DNA from: Heptranchias perlo
Taxonomy: Eukaryota
Direction of reading: 5' to 3'
Length of the DNA: 64,000 nucleotides
Assembly (NCBI RefSeq): GCF_035084215.1
Contig: NC_090332.1
Location: forward strand, 79,918,001-79,982,000
Shown in pieces: positions 36,255-48,208 of the stretch. Position numbers and translations under genes: made by a program. The notes below the pieces were generated by a model. The model did not search any database and was not told where the DNA came from. It was given only the letters and a program-made list of their open reading frames with translations. Position 1 is the stretch's first letter. Each line of letters begins with the position of its first letter.

Positions 36255-39094
36255 TCATAGAATCATAGAATCATAGAAGTTACAACATGGAAACAGGCCC
36301 TTCGGCCCAACATGTCCATGTCGCCCAGTTTATACCACTAAGCTAGTCCCAATTGCCTGCACTTGGCCCATATCCCTCGATACCCATCTTACCCATGTAA
36401 CTGTCCAAATGCTTTTTAAAAGACAAAATTGTACCCGCCTCTACTACTGCCTCTGGCAGCTCGTTCCAGACACTCACCACCCTTTGAGTGAAAAAATTGC
36501 CCCTCTGGACCCTTTTGTATCTCTCCCCTCTCACCTTAAATCTGTGCCCCCTCGTTATAGACTCCCCTACCTTTGGGAAAAGATTTTGACTATCTACCTT
36601 ATCTATGCCCCTCATTATTTTATAGACTTCTATAAGATCACCCCTTAACCTCCTACTCTCCAGGGAACAAAGTCCCAGTCTGTCTAACCTCTCCCTGTAA
36701 GTCAAACCATCAAGTCCCGGTAGCATCCTAGTAAATCTTTTCTGCACTCTTTCTAGTTTAATAATATCCTTTCTATAATAGGGTGACCAGAACTGTACAC
36801 AGTACTCCAAGTGTGGCCTCACCAATGCCCTGTACAACTTCAACAAGACATCCCAACTCCTGCATTCAATGTTCTGACCAATGAAACCAAGCATGCTGAA
36901 TGCCTTCTTCACCACCCTATCCACCTGTGACTCCACTTTCAAGGAGCTATGAATCTGTACTCCCAGATCTCTTTGTTCTATAACTCTCCCCAACGCCCTA
37001 CCATTAACGGAGTAGGTCCTGGCCCAATTCGATCTACCAAAATGCATCACCTCACATTTATCTAAATTAAACTCCATCTGCCATTCATCGGCCCACTGGC
37101 CCAATTGATCAAGATCCCGTTGCAATCCTAGATAACCTTCTTCACTGTCCACAATGCCACCAATCTTGGTGTCATCTGCAAACTTACTAACCATGCCTCC
37201 TAAATTCTCATCCAAATCATTAATATAAATAACAAATAACAGCGGACCCAGCACCGATCCCTGAGGCACACCGCTGGACACAGGCATCCAGTTTGAAAAA
37301 CAACCCTCTACAACCACCCTCTGTCTTCTGTCGTCAAGCCAATTTTGTATCCAATTGGCTACCTCACCTTGGATCCCATGAGATTTAACCTTATGTAACA
37401 ACCTACCATGCGGTACCTTGTCAAATGCTTTGCTGAAGTCCATGTAGACCACGTCTACTGCACAGCCCTCATCTATCTTCTTGGTTACCCCTTCAAAAAA
37501 CTCAATCAAATTCGTGAGACATGATTTTCCTCTCACAAAACCATGCTGACTGTTCCTAATTAGTCCCTGCCTCTCCAAATGCCTGTAGATCCTGTCCCTC
37601 AGAATACCCTCTAACAACTTACCCACTACAGATGTCAGGCTCACTGGTCTGTAGTTCCCAGGCTTTTCCCTGCCGCCCTTCTTAAACAAAGGCACAACAT
37701 TTGCTACCCTCCAATCTTCAGGCACCTCACCTGTAGCGGTGGATGATTCAAATATCTCTGCTAGGGGACCCGCAATTTCCTCCCTAACCTCCCATAACGT
37801 CCTGGGATACATTTCATCAGGTCCCGGAGATTTATCTACCTTGATGTGCGTTAAGACTTCCAGCACCTCCCTCTCTGTAATATGTACACTCCTCAAGACA
37901 TCACTATTTATTTCCCCAAGTTCCCTAACATCCATGCCTTTCTCAACCGTAAATACCGATGTGAAATATTCATTCAGGATCTCACCCATCTCTTGTGGTT
38001 CCGCACATAGATGACCTTGTTGATCCTTAAGAGGCCCTACTCTCTCCCTAGTTACCCTTTTGCCCTTTATGTATTTGTAGAAGCTCTTTGGATTCACCTT
38101 TGCCTGATCTGCCAAAGCAATCTCATATCCCCTTTTTGCCCTCCTGATTTCTCTCTTAACTCTACTCCGGCAATCTCTATACTCTTCAAGGGATCCACTT
38201 GATCCCAGCTGCCTATGCATGTCATATGCCTCCTTCTTCTTTTTGACTAGTGCCTCAATCTCCCGAGTCATCCAAGGTTCCCTACTTCTACCAGCCTTGC
38301 CCTTCACTTTATAAGGAATGTGCTTACCCTGAACCCTGGTTAACACACTTTTGAAAGCCTCCCACTTACCAGACGTCCCTTTGCCTGCCAACAGACTCTC
38401 CCAATCAACTTCTGAAAGTTCCTGTCTAATACCATCAAAATTGGCCTTTCCCCAATTCAGAATTTTAACTTTTGGGCCAGACCTATCCTTCTCCATAGCT
38501 ATCTTAAAACTAATGGAATTATGATCACTGGTCCCAAAGTGATCCCTCACTAACACTTCTGTCACCTGCCCTTCCTTATTTCCCAAGAGGAGGTCAAGTT
38601 TTGCCCCCTCTCTAGTCGGGCCATCCACATACTGAATGAGAAATTCCTCCTGAATACACTCAACAAATTTCTCTCCATCCAAGCCCCTAATGCTATGGCT
38701 GTCCCAGTCAATGTTGGGAAAGTTAAAGTCCCCTACTATTACCACCCTATTTTTCTTGCAGCTGTCTGTAATCTCCTTACATATTTGCACCTCAATCTCC
38801 CGTTGACTATTTGGGGGTCTGTAGTACAATCCTATCAAAGTGATCTCTCCCTTCTTATTTTTCAGTTCTACCCATATAGACTCAGTGGGCGAACCCTCGG
38901 ATATATCCCCTCTCACTACTGCCGTGATGTTCTCCCTAATCAAGAACGCAACTCCCCCTCCTCTCTTACCTCCTGCTCTATCTTTCCTATAGCATCTGTA
39001 CCCTGGAACATTGAGCTGCCAGTCCTGCCCCTCCCTTAGCCATGTTTCAGTAATAGCGATAACATCCCAGTCCCATGTACCCATCCATGCCCTG
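36255..39094 (-). mobile_element. Young CR1 LINE, 5'-truncated just inside ORF2
   Basis: (TTCTATGA)3 tail at the left end; uninterrupted APE-RT ORF. Confidence 0.96.
36343..39093 (-). CDS. CR1 ORF2 (AP endonuclease plus reverse transcriptase), open frame, native start lost
   Basis: ITETWL, GDFN, SDHN, NYRPVSL, DFSKAFD, VPQGSVLGP, KFADD; the ~19 N-terminal residues in the ORF track come from flank DNA. Confidence 0.9.
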   Translation of the reverse strand, partial: RAWMGTWDWDVIAITETWLREGQDWQLNVPGYRCYRKDRAGGKRGGGVAFLIRENITAVVRGDISEGSPTESIWVELKNKKGEITLIGLYYRPPNSQREIEVQICKEITDSCKKNRVVIVGDFNFPNIDWDSHSIRGLDGEKFVECIQEEFLIQYVDGPTREGAKLDLLLGNKEGQVTEVLVRDHFGTSDHNSISFKIAMEKDRSGPKVKILNWGKANFDGIRQELSEVDWESLLAGKGTSGKWEAFKSVLTRVQGKHIPYKVKGKAGRSREPWMTREIEALVKKKKEAYDMHRQLGSSGSLEEYRDCRSRVKREIRRAKRGYEIALADQAKVNPKSFYKYIKGKRVTRERVGPLKDQQGHLCAEPQEMGEILNEYFTSVFTVEKGMDVRELGEINSDVLRSVHITEREVLEVLTHIKVDKSPGPDEMYPRTLWEVREEIAGPLAEIFESSTATGEVPEDWRVANVVPLFKKGGREKPGNYRPVSLTSVVGKLLEGILRDRIYRHLERQGLIRNSQHGFVRGKSCLTNLIEFFEGVTKKIDEGCAVDVVYMDFSKAFDKVPHGRLLHKVKSHGIQGEVANWIQNWLDDRRQRVVVEGCFSNWMPVSSGVPQGSVLGPLLFVIYINDLDENLGGMVSKFADDTKIGGIVDSEEGYLGLQRDLDQLGQWADEWQMEFNLDKCEVMHFGRSNWARTYSVNGRALGRVIEQRDLGVQIHSSLKVESQVDRVVKKAFSMLGFIGQNIECRSWDVLLKLYRALVRPHLEYCVQFWSPYYRKDIIKLERVQKRFTRMLPGLDGLTYRERLDRLGLCSLESRRLRGDLIEVYKIMRGIDKVDSQNLFPKVGESITRGHRFKVRGERYKRVQRGNFFTQRVVSVWNELPEAVVEAGTILSFKKHLDSYMGKMGIEGYGPSAGNWD

Positions 39095-39297
39095 CTTTGG
39101 AAGGCTGAGCTGTACAACAGTAACAGGTCATGAGGACACACTTTGCACAATACATACTTGTGACAGATACTTGCTGTAGGAATCTACCAGCATCACCATG
39201 GCACCTTCCCTCAAGTACGCCATCTTCTTTCACATTTGCAGCTAGGTGTAGAAAAGAACAATCACCTTTCAGCTATCTCCTGCCAGGTGTTTTGGAT

Positions 39298-41975
39298 GAT
39301 ATACAGTCAGGAGGGAGTGGCCCTGGGAGTCCTCAACATTGACTCTGGACCCCATGAAATCTCATGGCATCAGGTCAAACATGGGCAAGGAAACCTCCTG
39401 CTGATTACCACCTACCGTTCTCCCTCAGCTGATGAATCAGTCCTCCTCCATGTTGAACACCACTTGGAGGAAGCACTGAGGGTAGCAAGGGCACAAAATG
39501 TACTCTGGGTGGGGGACTTCAATGTCCATCACCAAGAGTGGCTCGGTAGCACCACTACTGACCGAGCTGGCCGAGTCCTGAAGGACATAGCTGCTAGACT
39601 GGGCCTGTGGCAGGTGGTGAGCGAACCAACACGAGGGAAAAACTTACTTGACCTCGTCCTCACCAATCTACCTGTCGCAAATGCATCTGTCCATGACAGT
39701 ATTGGTAGGAGTGACCACCGCACAGTCCTCGTGTAGATGAAATCCCGTCTTCGCACTGAGGACACCATCCAACGTGTTGTGTGGCACTACCACCGTGCTA
39801 AATGGGATAGATTCAGAATGGATCTAGCAGCTCAAAACTGGGCATCCATGAGGCGCTGTGGGCCATCAGCAGCAGCAGAATCGTATTCCAGCACAATCTG
39901 TAACCTCATGGCCCGGCATATTCCTCACTCTACCATTACCAACAAGCCAGGGGATCAACTCTGGTTCAATGAGGAGTGTAGAAGAGCATGCCAGGAGCAG
40001 CACCAGGCGTACCGAAAAATGAGGTGCCAACCTGGTGAAGCTACAACTCAGGACTACATGCATGCTAAACAGCGGAAGCAACATGCTATAGACAGAGCGA
40101 AGCGATTCCACAACCAACGGATCAGATCAAAGCTCTGCAGTCCTGCCACATCCAGTCGTGAATGGTGGTGGACAATTAAACAACTAACGGGAGGAGGAGG
40201 CTCCGCAAACATCCCCATTCTCAATGATGGCGGAGTCCAGCACGGGAGTGCAAAAGACAAGGCTGAAGCGTTTGCAACCATCTTCAGCCAGAAGTGCCGA
40301 GTGGATAATCCATCTCAGCCTCCTCCCGATATCCCCACCATCACGGAAGCCAGTCTTCGGCCAATTCGATTCACTCCACGTGATATCAAGAAACGGCTGA
40401 GTGCACTGGATACAGCAAAGGCTATGGGCCCCGACAACATCCCAGCTGTAGTGCTGAAGACTTGTGCTCCAGAACTAGCTGCGCCTCTAGCCAAGCTGTT
40501 CCAGTACAGCTACAACACTGGCATCCACCCGACAATGTGGAAAATTGCCCAGGTATGTCCTGTCCACAAAAAGCAGGACAAATCCAATCCGGCCAATTAC
40601 CGCCCCATCAGTCTACTCTCAATCATCAGCAAAGTGATGGAAGGTGTCGTCGACAGTGCTATCAAGCGGTACTTACTCACCAATAACCTGCTCACCGATG
40701 CTCAGTTTGGGTTCCGCCAGGACCACTCGGCTCCAGACCTCATTACAGCCTTGGTCCAAACATGGACAAAAGAGCTGAATTCCAGAGGTGAGGTGAGAGT
40801 GACTGCCCTTGACATCAAGGCAGCATTTGACCGAGTGTGGCACCAAGGAGCCCTAGTAAAATTGAAGTCAATGGGAATCAGGGAGAAAACTCTCCAGTGG
40901 CTGGAGTCATACCTAGCACAAAGGAAGATGGTAGTGGTTGTTGGAGGCCAATCATCTCAGCCCCAGGACATTGCTGCAGGAGTTCCTCAGGGCAGTGTCC
41001 TAGGCCCAACCATCTTCAGCTGCTTCATCAATGACCTTCCCTCCATCATAAGGTCAGAAATGGGGATGTTCGCTGATGACTGCACAGTGTTCAGTTCCAT
41101 TCGCAACCCCTCAGATAATGAAGCAGTCCGAGCCTGCATGCAGCAAGACCTGGACAACATCCAGGCTTGGGCTCATAAGTGGCAAGTAACATTCGCGCCA
41201 GATAAGTGCCAGGCAATGACCATCTCCAACAAGAGAGAGTCTAACCACCTCCCCTTGACATTCAACGGCATTACCATTGCCGAATCCCCCACCATCAACA
41301 TCCTGGGAGTCACCATTGACCAGAAACTTAACTGGACCAGCCATATAAATACTGTGGCTACGAGAGCAGGTCAGAGGCTGGGTATTCTGCGGCGAGTGAC
41401 TCACCTCCTGACTCCCCAAAGCCTTTCCACCATCTACAAGGCACAAGTCAGGAGTGTGATGGAATACTCTCCACTTGCCTGGAAGAGTGCAGCTCCAACA
41501 ACACTCAAGAAGCTCGACACCATCCAAGATAAAGCAGCCCGCTTGATTGGCACCCCATCCACCACCCTAAACATTCACTCCCTTCACCACCGGCGCACTG
41601 TGGCTGCAGTGTGTACCATCCACAGGATGCACTGCAGCAACTCGCCAAGGCTTCTTCGACAGCACCTCCCAAACCCGCGACCTCTACCACCTAGAAGGAC
41701 AAGGGCAGCAGGCGCATGGGAACAACACCACCTGCACGTTCCCCTCCAAGTCACACACCATCCCGACTTGGAAATATATCGCCGTTCCTTCATTGTCGCT
41801 GGGTCAAAATCCTGGAACTCCCTTCCTAACAGCACTGTGGGAGAACCTTCACCACACGGACTGCAGCGGTTCAAGAAGGCGGCTCACCACCACCTTCTCG
41901 AGGGCAATTAGGGATGGGCAATAAATGCCGGCCTTGCCAGCGACACCCACATCCCGTGAACGAATAAAAAAAAAA
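39298..41975 (+). mobile_element. Young non-LTR retrotransposon of the CR1/L2 group (family distinct from the neighbouring CR1), 5'-truncated, A-tailed
   Basis: APE (VGDFN, LDLVL, SDH) plus RT (NYRPISL, LDIKAAFD, VPQGSVLGP, MFADD); AATAAA then A tail. Confidence 0.93.
39299..41911 (+). pseudogene. LINE ORF2 with a single nonsense codon (TAG 39734-39736)
   Basis: Track ORFs 39236-39736 and 39737-41911 are contiguous in the same frame. Confidence 0.9.
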
Positions 41976-42067
41976 GCTGGATTGCTCTTGCATAGAGCTG
42001 GCATGGACTCGATGGGCCAAATAGCCTCCTTCCGTGCTGTAACCTTTCTATGATTCTATGATTCTAT
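41976..42067 (+). mobile_element. Isolated CR1 3' tail
   Basis: GCTGGATTGCTCTTGCATAGAGC..CCTCCTTCCGTGCTGTAAC(TTCTATGA)n. Confidence 0.8.
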
Positions 42068-43480
42068 GTGGGGCCAGGGTGGCTGAAAGCTATGTCATCA
42101 GTGGCGATGTGAAGGGAGAGGAAAATGCGCAATAGTCCTGAGTTAGAGGACCGAACGTGCAGGTGGAGACATAAGGCTGAAGGACGTTGCAGATCTAGGG
42201 TCGGGAAACGCCATGGAATGATTTGAAGATGAAGAGTGGAGGACAGTGTAGGTAAAGTGAGGATGAGGGTGATGGGTGAGCAGGACTTTGTGTGGGACAT
42301 GTTGCAGGTGGTTGCATTTTGGACAAGTTGAAGTTTGCCGAAGGTGGAGAATGGGAGACCAGGAAGAAGGACTTTAAAGTAATGGAGTCTGGAGGAGCAT
42401 GGATAAGGTCCATGGGGCTGAGGTAGAGGTTGAAGCGGGCAACACTGTGCAGGAATAGATAGGCAATCTTGGAGATGGATAAGATGTGAGGCTTGAAGCT
42501 CAGCTCAGGGTTGAACAGGATGCCATACTTAAACATGATCTGATTCAGCCTGAGGAAATAACCTGGATGAGGACTAGAATCAGTGGTAAAAGAGTGGAGT
42601 GTATGGTGGGGGCCAAAAATGATGGCTTCAGTCTTCACTATATTAAATTGAAAGAAGTTGTGGGTTATCCATGATGGTGTCAGGCAGCCATTCCTGACAG
42701 CACGGAGATGATGGAGCTGTAGTGCTGGGTGACATCAGCATACATATGGAAGCTAACCCCATGCCTGTGGATGATGTCACCGAAGGACAAAGGTGAATGG
42801 GGCCAAAGTTAGAAACTTGGGGGCAAAAAGAGAAGCTATTGCTGGAGATGATCTGGCTGCATTCAGATAGATAGGGGTGGAACCATGCAAGGGCAGTCCC
42901 ACCGAACTGGATGGTGGAGGAGAGACAAAGAGGAGGATGGCATAATCAACCATATAAAACACTGCAAAAAGTTTGAATTGGGCAAAGCGGGATAACGCAT
43001 AACAGTCACAATCATCAGAGGATGTCATTTGCCATTTTGGCTAAGGGTGGTCTTGGTGCTGTGAAACCAATGGGATTAAAACAGGGAGTTATGGACTAGG
43101 AGGTGACAATGTTTTCGATAATGTTAGATAGGAAAAGGAAGTTAGAGATGAGGCGGTAGTTGGAGAGCACGGACGGGTCGAGAGTAGGTTTTTTTGAGGA
43201 GAGAGGTGACAACACTGATTTTTAAAGGGAGAGGGTTGCTGCCTGAGGAAAGGGAACCATTAATAATGTCAGTTAGCATTGGAGCCGGAGTGGGGGGGAG
43301 GTGGGGATGTTCAGTGGTCAGTAGCTCAGTGGGGGGAGGTTTGAGGTGGCAGGAGGTGGTTCTCATGAAGGAAATGAGTGAGGAGAGGACATGGAAAGAA
43401 ACTGCAAATTGACAAGGGATTAGGTCTAGAGTGGAGGGGATACTGAGGGAGGTCAGGAGCAGGGCAGGAGAGGAAGGGAG
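42068..43480 (-). mobile_element. Decayed L2 ORF2 fragment
   Basis: FHMYADVTQ, KTEAIIFGP, GILFNPELSFKPHI, LTDIINGSLSSG remnants. Confidence 0.8.
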
Positions 43481-43609
43481 TTCATATGCAATGGGAGTTT
43501 AATTCAGAGGATTTATTGACTTGAATTTCAATTTTTTTTTCATTTCTTTAATTGATGTATTTTATTTTTAGATTAGGAGGAGAAACCTTAAATGTGCCTA
43601 TACAGGTGC

Positions 43610-43868
43610 TGTTAATGATCCATGACATTATTCGAAGAAGAGCAGGGGAGTTTTCCCTGTGTCTTGACCAACATTTATCCCTCAACCAACGGTACTAAAA
43701 ACAGATTAACTGATAATTATCTCATTACTATTTGTGGGTCCCTGCTGTGTGCAAATTGGCTGCTAGGTTTGCCTACAAAACAGTGACTTCAAAGTAACCC
43801 ATTGGCTGTGAAGCGCTTTGGGACATCCTGCGGATGTGAAAAGGTGCTATCTAAATGCAAGTTCTTTA
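43610..43868 (+). mobile_element. SacSINE1-like 3' part
   Basis: GAAGAAGAGCAGGGGAGTT..GCTGTGTGCAAATTGGCTGC..AAATGCAAG. Confidence 0.78.
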
Positions 43869-45011
43869 TTTTACCTTTTGCTGCAGATTGTTCACCATTG
43901 CCATTGCAATGTAGAGAGGTTGCTTCTGAAAGACATCTCATTCGGCTTTCAAATTTCTCATCTAATGAGATTTTTCAGTGCAAAAAGCAAACAAGTGATT
44001 TAAAGTAATTGAATGGTGCTGAACACTCTGCATCATTACAGTGAAAAATGCCTTGCTAACTGAGTTCACAAGCTTGTGATTTGTTACTGTCAGACATGAG
44101 TGAAGCTGCAACACTGCTTTCCGTAAACAGGTAATACCAGTTACTTCTGTAGGTGGCATTGCGATAGGACTTTCAGACCCCAAAAATAAGGAGATACGCT
44201 CAACTAGTTGAAGTGTGGTGACCTCCGCTCCCTGACCCTGCCAGAGTATCCAGGGTCAAGGAGAGGTCTCTTCATTAGCGTGCAAATGGGGGGCACCCAT
44301 ACATTCTGGGTACTTGCCAGAAAAGGTGGCATGGAAGGTCTAGTGCTAGATGGCTGCTGGTAGCGCCCCCCCATCCAACCCCACACACAAGTGTTGGTAT
44401 AGTTAGGTTGGCCCCCACAACAAGCAGAGGAGCCCGATTTGCATATTTAAACTACCTCCTACCTGGTTTGGGCAGGAATACTGGGCACTCATTTTAAAGG
44501 CCTGCCTGAAAGTTAATTTAGGTGGGCATATGGGTGCACAAGGTACCCACCAGATTTTTAACCGCTGCTCACCCGTTTTGGAAGGGAGTGAAAAGAGAAT
44601 CCTTGCCCTCCCAAAAGAGTGCATTATCCTGGGACAACATACTTGCAATTCTCTGAGGAGCAGTGCATAAGGAGGCTTGGCTTCTCTAGAGAGACTGTTC
44701 CAGAGTTGTGTGAACTTCAGCAACCAACTGCCACAGCTAGCAAACCATTGTCTGTTGCAGTCAACATCATTTTTTTGCCTCTGACTCCTTCCTGACTGCC
44801 CTGGGGATATCAGCAAAATTAGTCATTCTGTGGCCAAGAGGGAAAAGTAGCAGGTTTTGAGGATTCGTGTGTAAGCAGAAAGGAGATGCAGTGAAGTATT
44901 CCTTGCTGACTTGAGGATAACCATGGGAAGCCCAGAAGGAAAGGATTGATAATGCTGAGGCTAAAGTAGGGTTGTGCAGAACTGTGCAAAGAGTATGAAG
45001 AGGAATCTTAC

Positions 45012-45230
45012 CTTGTCAAGCCTGGTGAGATCATTGAATTTTTTCCTGCACTGCAGCCTGGTCCAAGGGACAGTGCTTGTGACATTGATATGCTCTGCTA
45101 CCTCTCTCCATGCCTGTTGATTAATTGGTCTCGGCACCCATCACCTATTGACCATCGGAGGGGAAGAGGACTTCCTCCCTGCTGCTTACGGCTCATTGAG
45201 CACCTCCACCACTGCATCTGCGAATCTGGG
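45012..45230 (-). pseudogene. Harbinger Myb/SANT exon-1 remnant within a decayed element (~44190-45500)
   Basis: AWREVAEHINVTSTVPWTRLQCRKKFNDLTRLDK followed by GTAAG donor. Confidence 0.75.
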
Positions 45231-47375
45231 GGCCCTGCAGCTCCATAATACAGCTGTTTGCTATCTACCACCGGAAAAACCACCTCCCCTTTAAGCTGCT
45301 GCAGACTGCCTTTAAGTAGCGGCCACCCTGCCGAATTTCTGCCCTCCCAATTGATGAACTGTGTATAGGGAGCCTATTTTGTTTACTTTAAATTAGGCCT
45401 TGCCACGGAAATGGCATGTGGTCCACGCAGATTCCTTTGGGTGGGCACTGCACACGCCCTGTCCACCATGCCCAATTAAACCTGTACATGAAAATCACCT
45501 CCACAGTGTCGTTATGTTAGAGGTGCTGCCAGTCTCTGCTGGGACTGATGTGAAATTGGTAGTTCTGAGTTACACTGCTTGCTCTCACATTGCTCTCTGT
45601 TCAGAGAAAATGGAGCTTCATCCAAATACTGGTGGCATTTTAATGTTGGTCGATGACCCCGTCATCTCTCTGTTAATATTAAAAACGGAGGTTAAAAAAT
45701 TCCTAGATTGTCGAACTGTAACCAGTTTGAAGTTATACTGCTAGACATGTGAAGCTAGAATGCTTTGAGAGTACTTTCCAGAGGTGGTCTAACACTGCTT
45801 AAATTGGATTTGGGTGCCCCCAGAAAGCTGTGGAGGCTAGGTGAATTGAAAATTTCAAAACTGAGATTGATAGATTTTTGTTTGGTAAGGGTATTAAGGG
45901 TTATGGAACCAAGGCGGGTAGATGGAGTTAAGATACAGATCAGCCATGATCTAATTGAATGGCGGAACAGGCTCGAGGTGCTGAATGGCCTACTCCTGCT
46001 CCTTTGTTCCTATGAATTACACTGCAGTTTACAGTGATTTAAGCCAAAACTACTTTGCATCAACACAAACTGTGTAATTGAACTGACTTACTAGCAAATT
46101 TGGAGCATATCCTGTTATGAATTTAATGGTCACCTTTATGGAAGCCTTTCTCCACTGTGTAACAGCCTGTAGACTGTGTGTTTGTGTGTGTGTATGTGTG
46201 TGCTGAGGCTGAGAGCAGAGCGTGTGTTAAGGTTGCCTACCAGCCACATCCAGTATTGATTGATGTCAATGAGGCAATGCAATGATGAAACCCTTAATTT
46301 TATAGTCAACGGGCCGCATCGAGCAAAGATTTAGATTGTCCCATGTAGCGTTTTTTTGTTTCCTCAGGAACAGCAGAGAATGTGGTTGCTCAGACCAGAA
46401 GGCAGACAAACATGCCATTATCAAACAAGGTTAAATGCAAGCTAAAATGCCAAATAGGCTTTGAAACACTTTGAATTCTTTGATGCATGACAAATGGAAT
46501 ACACCCTGATTGCTCTGTGTAAGCATTGCTGATATTTCTTCAGTTGGTAGAAATTACAGAAGCAAATAAACAAGGCAATAATTTCCCAGTCTTGTATCAA
46601 CAATATACAGAGGTCAACCCATTTGGCAATTTCTTTTAATTCCAATTATCATTAACATTGGGGGCAGCTGCAGGAAATGATACTGCAGAATGACTGGTAC
46701 TAGTCTGATGTAGATATCCAAACTGTTTGATCCTGAAACAAAAGTAAATTATAATTTTACTGCCAACTATACTTATACTGAAGTGTTTTTTTTTCTCTAA
46801 ACTTGTTGCAGCATACTAAATACCACAAAAGGCTTTAATCCTCGCTGTTACTCTCGTTAAATCCGTTAACCCATTGAGGGTTTTTATAAAATGCACTGTT
46901 TGGTCCAGCAAAGTGTGACACCATGGGTTTCATTTCATCTGGCAGCAGACTAATTAATATTGTTGTATAAAATTGATTTCTGTACAATGCCATTGTTAAT
47001 AAATGGGTTAGCAACTGTGTTAAAATAGCGCACAAAGGAATTTTAGGTGAACACATTAACCAGCGGACTATCAAAGGATATTAAGCTTCTTTATCAGGGT
47101 GGAGGAAAGGCAATTAGATTTTAAAATAGTTTGAAACATTTTTTACTTACTTGCATTTGAAAATTTGAATGTGAACTTCCCTGATGACTCAGTTGCTAAG
47201 GGCCTGGTGTGGAAATGAACAGTACAGACCAGGAATGGCCCTATGTCTGAGCAGAGTTGGCTGATCTCAGCTGGGGCAGTAATTTGGATGGTAACAAATT
47301 GGCCTCAATGTCACTGGGCTCGGGAGAAGAAAAATCAGCCAGCATTCCCACTCCTGCCTCCTGACTTCTGCATGT

Positions 47376-48208
47376 GTCAGCCATGGCTCAGTGGTGGCAC
47401 TGTCGCCTCAGAGGGTTGTGGGTTTGAGTCCCACTCCAGGGACTTGATCACACAATCTAGGCTGACATTCCAGTGCAGTACTCATCCTTGTTTTCAAATC
47501 CCTTCGTGGCCTCACCCCTCCCTATCTCTGTTAGCTCCTCCAATCCTCTGAGATCTCTGCACTCCTCCAATTCTTGCCTCTTGCGCTTCCCCATTTTTAA
47601 TCATTGCATCATTGGTGGCCTTGCATTCAGCTAGGCCCTGGCTCTAGAATTTCCCCCCTAAACCTCTCCGCCTCTCGACCTCTCTCTCCTCCTTTAAGAT
47701 GCTCCTTTAAAACCTACCTCTTTGACCAAGCTTTTGGACACCTGTCCTAATCTCCTTACGTGGCTCGGTGTCAAATTTTGTTTGATAATCGCTTCTGTGA
47801 AGCGCCTTGGGACGTTTTACGAAGTTAAAGGGGCTAAATGATTTCAAGTTGTTGCTGTTGTTGTACAGAGGGAATGCTGCACTGTCGGATGTGTCATCTT
47901 TCGGATGAGGCATTAAACCGAAGCCCCGTCCACCCTCTCAGGTGGACATGGCACTATTTCAAAGAAGAGCAGGCGAGTTCTTCTTGGTGTCTTGGCCAAT
48001 GTTTATCCCTCTACCAACAGTTGAAAATACAAATTATCTGGTCATTATCACATTGCTGTTTGTGGGACCTTGCTGTGTGCAAATTGACTGCTGCATTTCC
48101 TACATTACAACAGTGACTATACTTTTAAAAAAAACTTAATTGGCTGTAAAGCACTTTGGAATGTCCTGAGGTCATGAAAGGCGCTACATAAACTCAAGTT
48201 CTTTCTTT
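47376..48208 (+). mobile_element. SacSINE1-like SINE inserted in a family C SINE and itself split by an L2 3' end (47482-47862)
   Basis: SINE reads CAGTGCAGTAC|..|AGAGGGAATGCTGCAC across the L2; GTAC duplicated. Confidence 0.85.
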
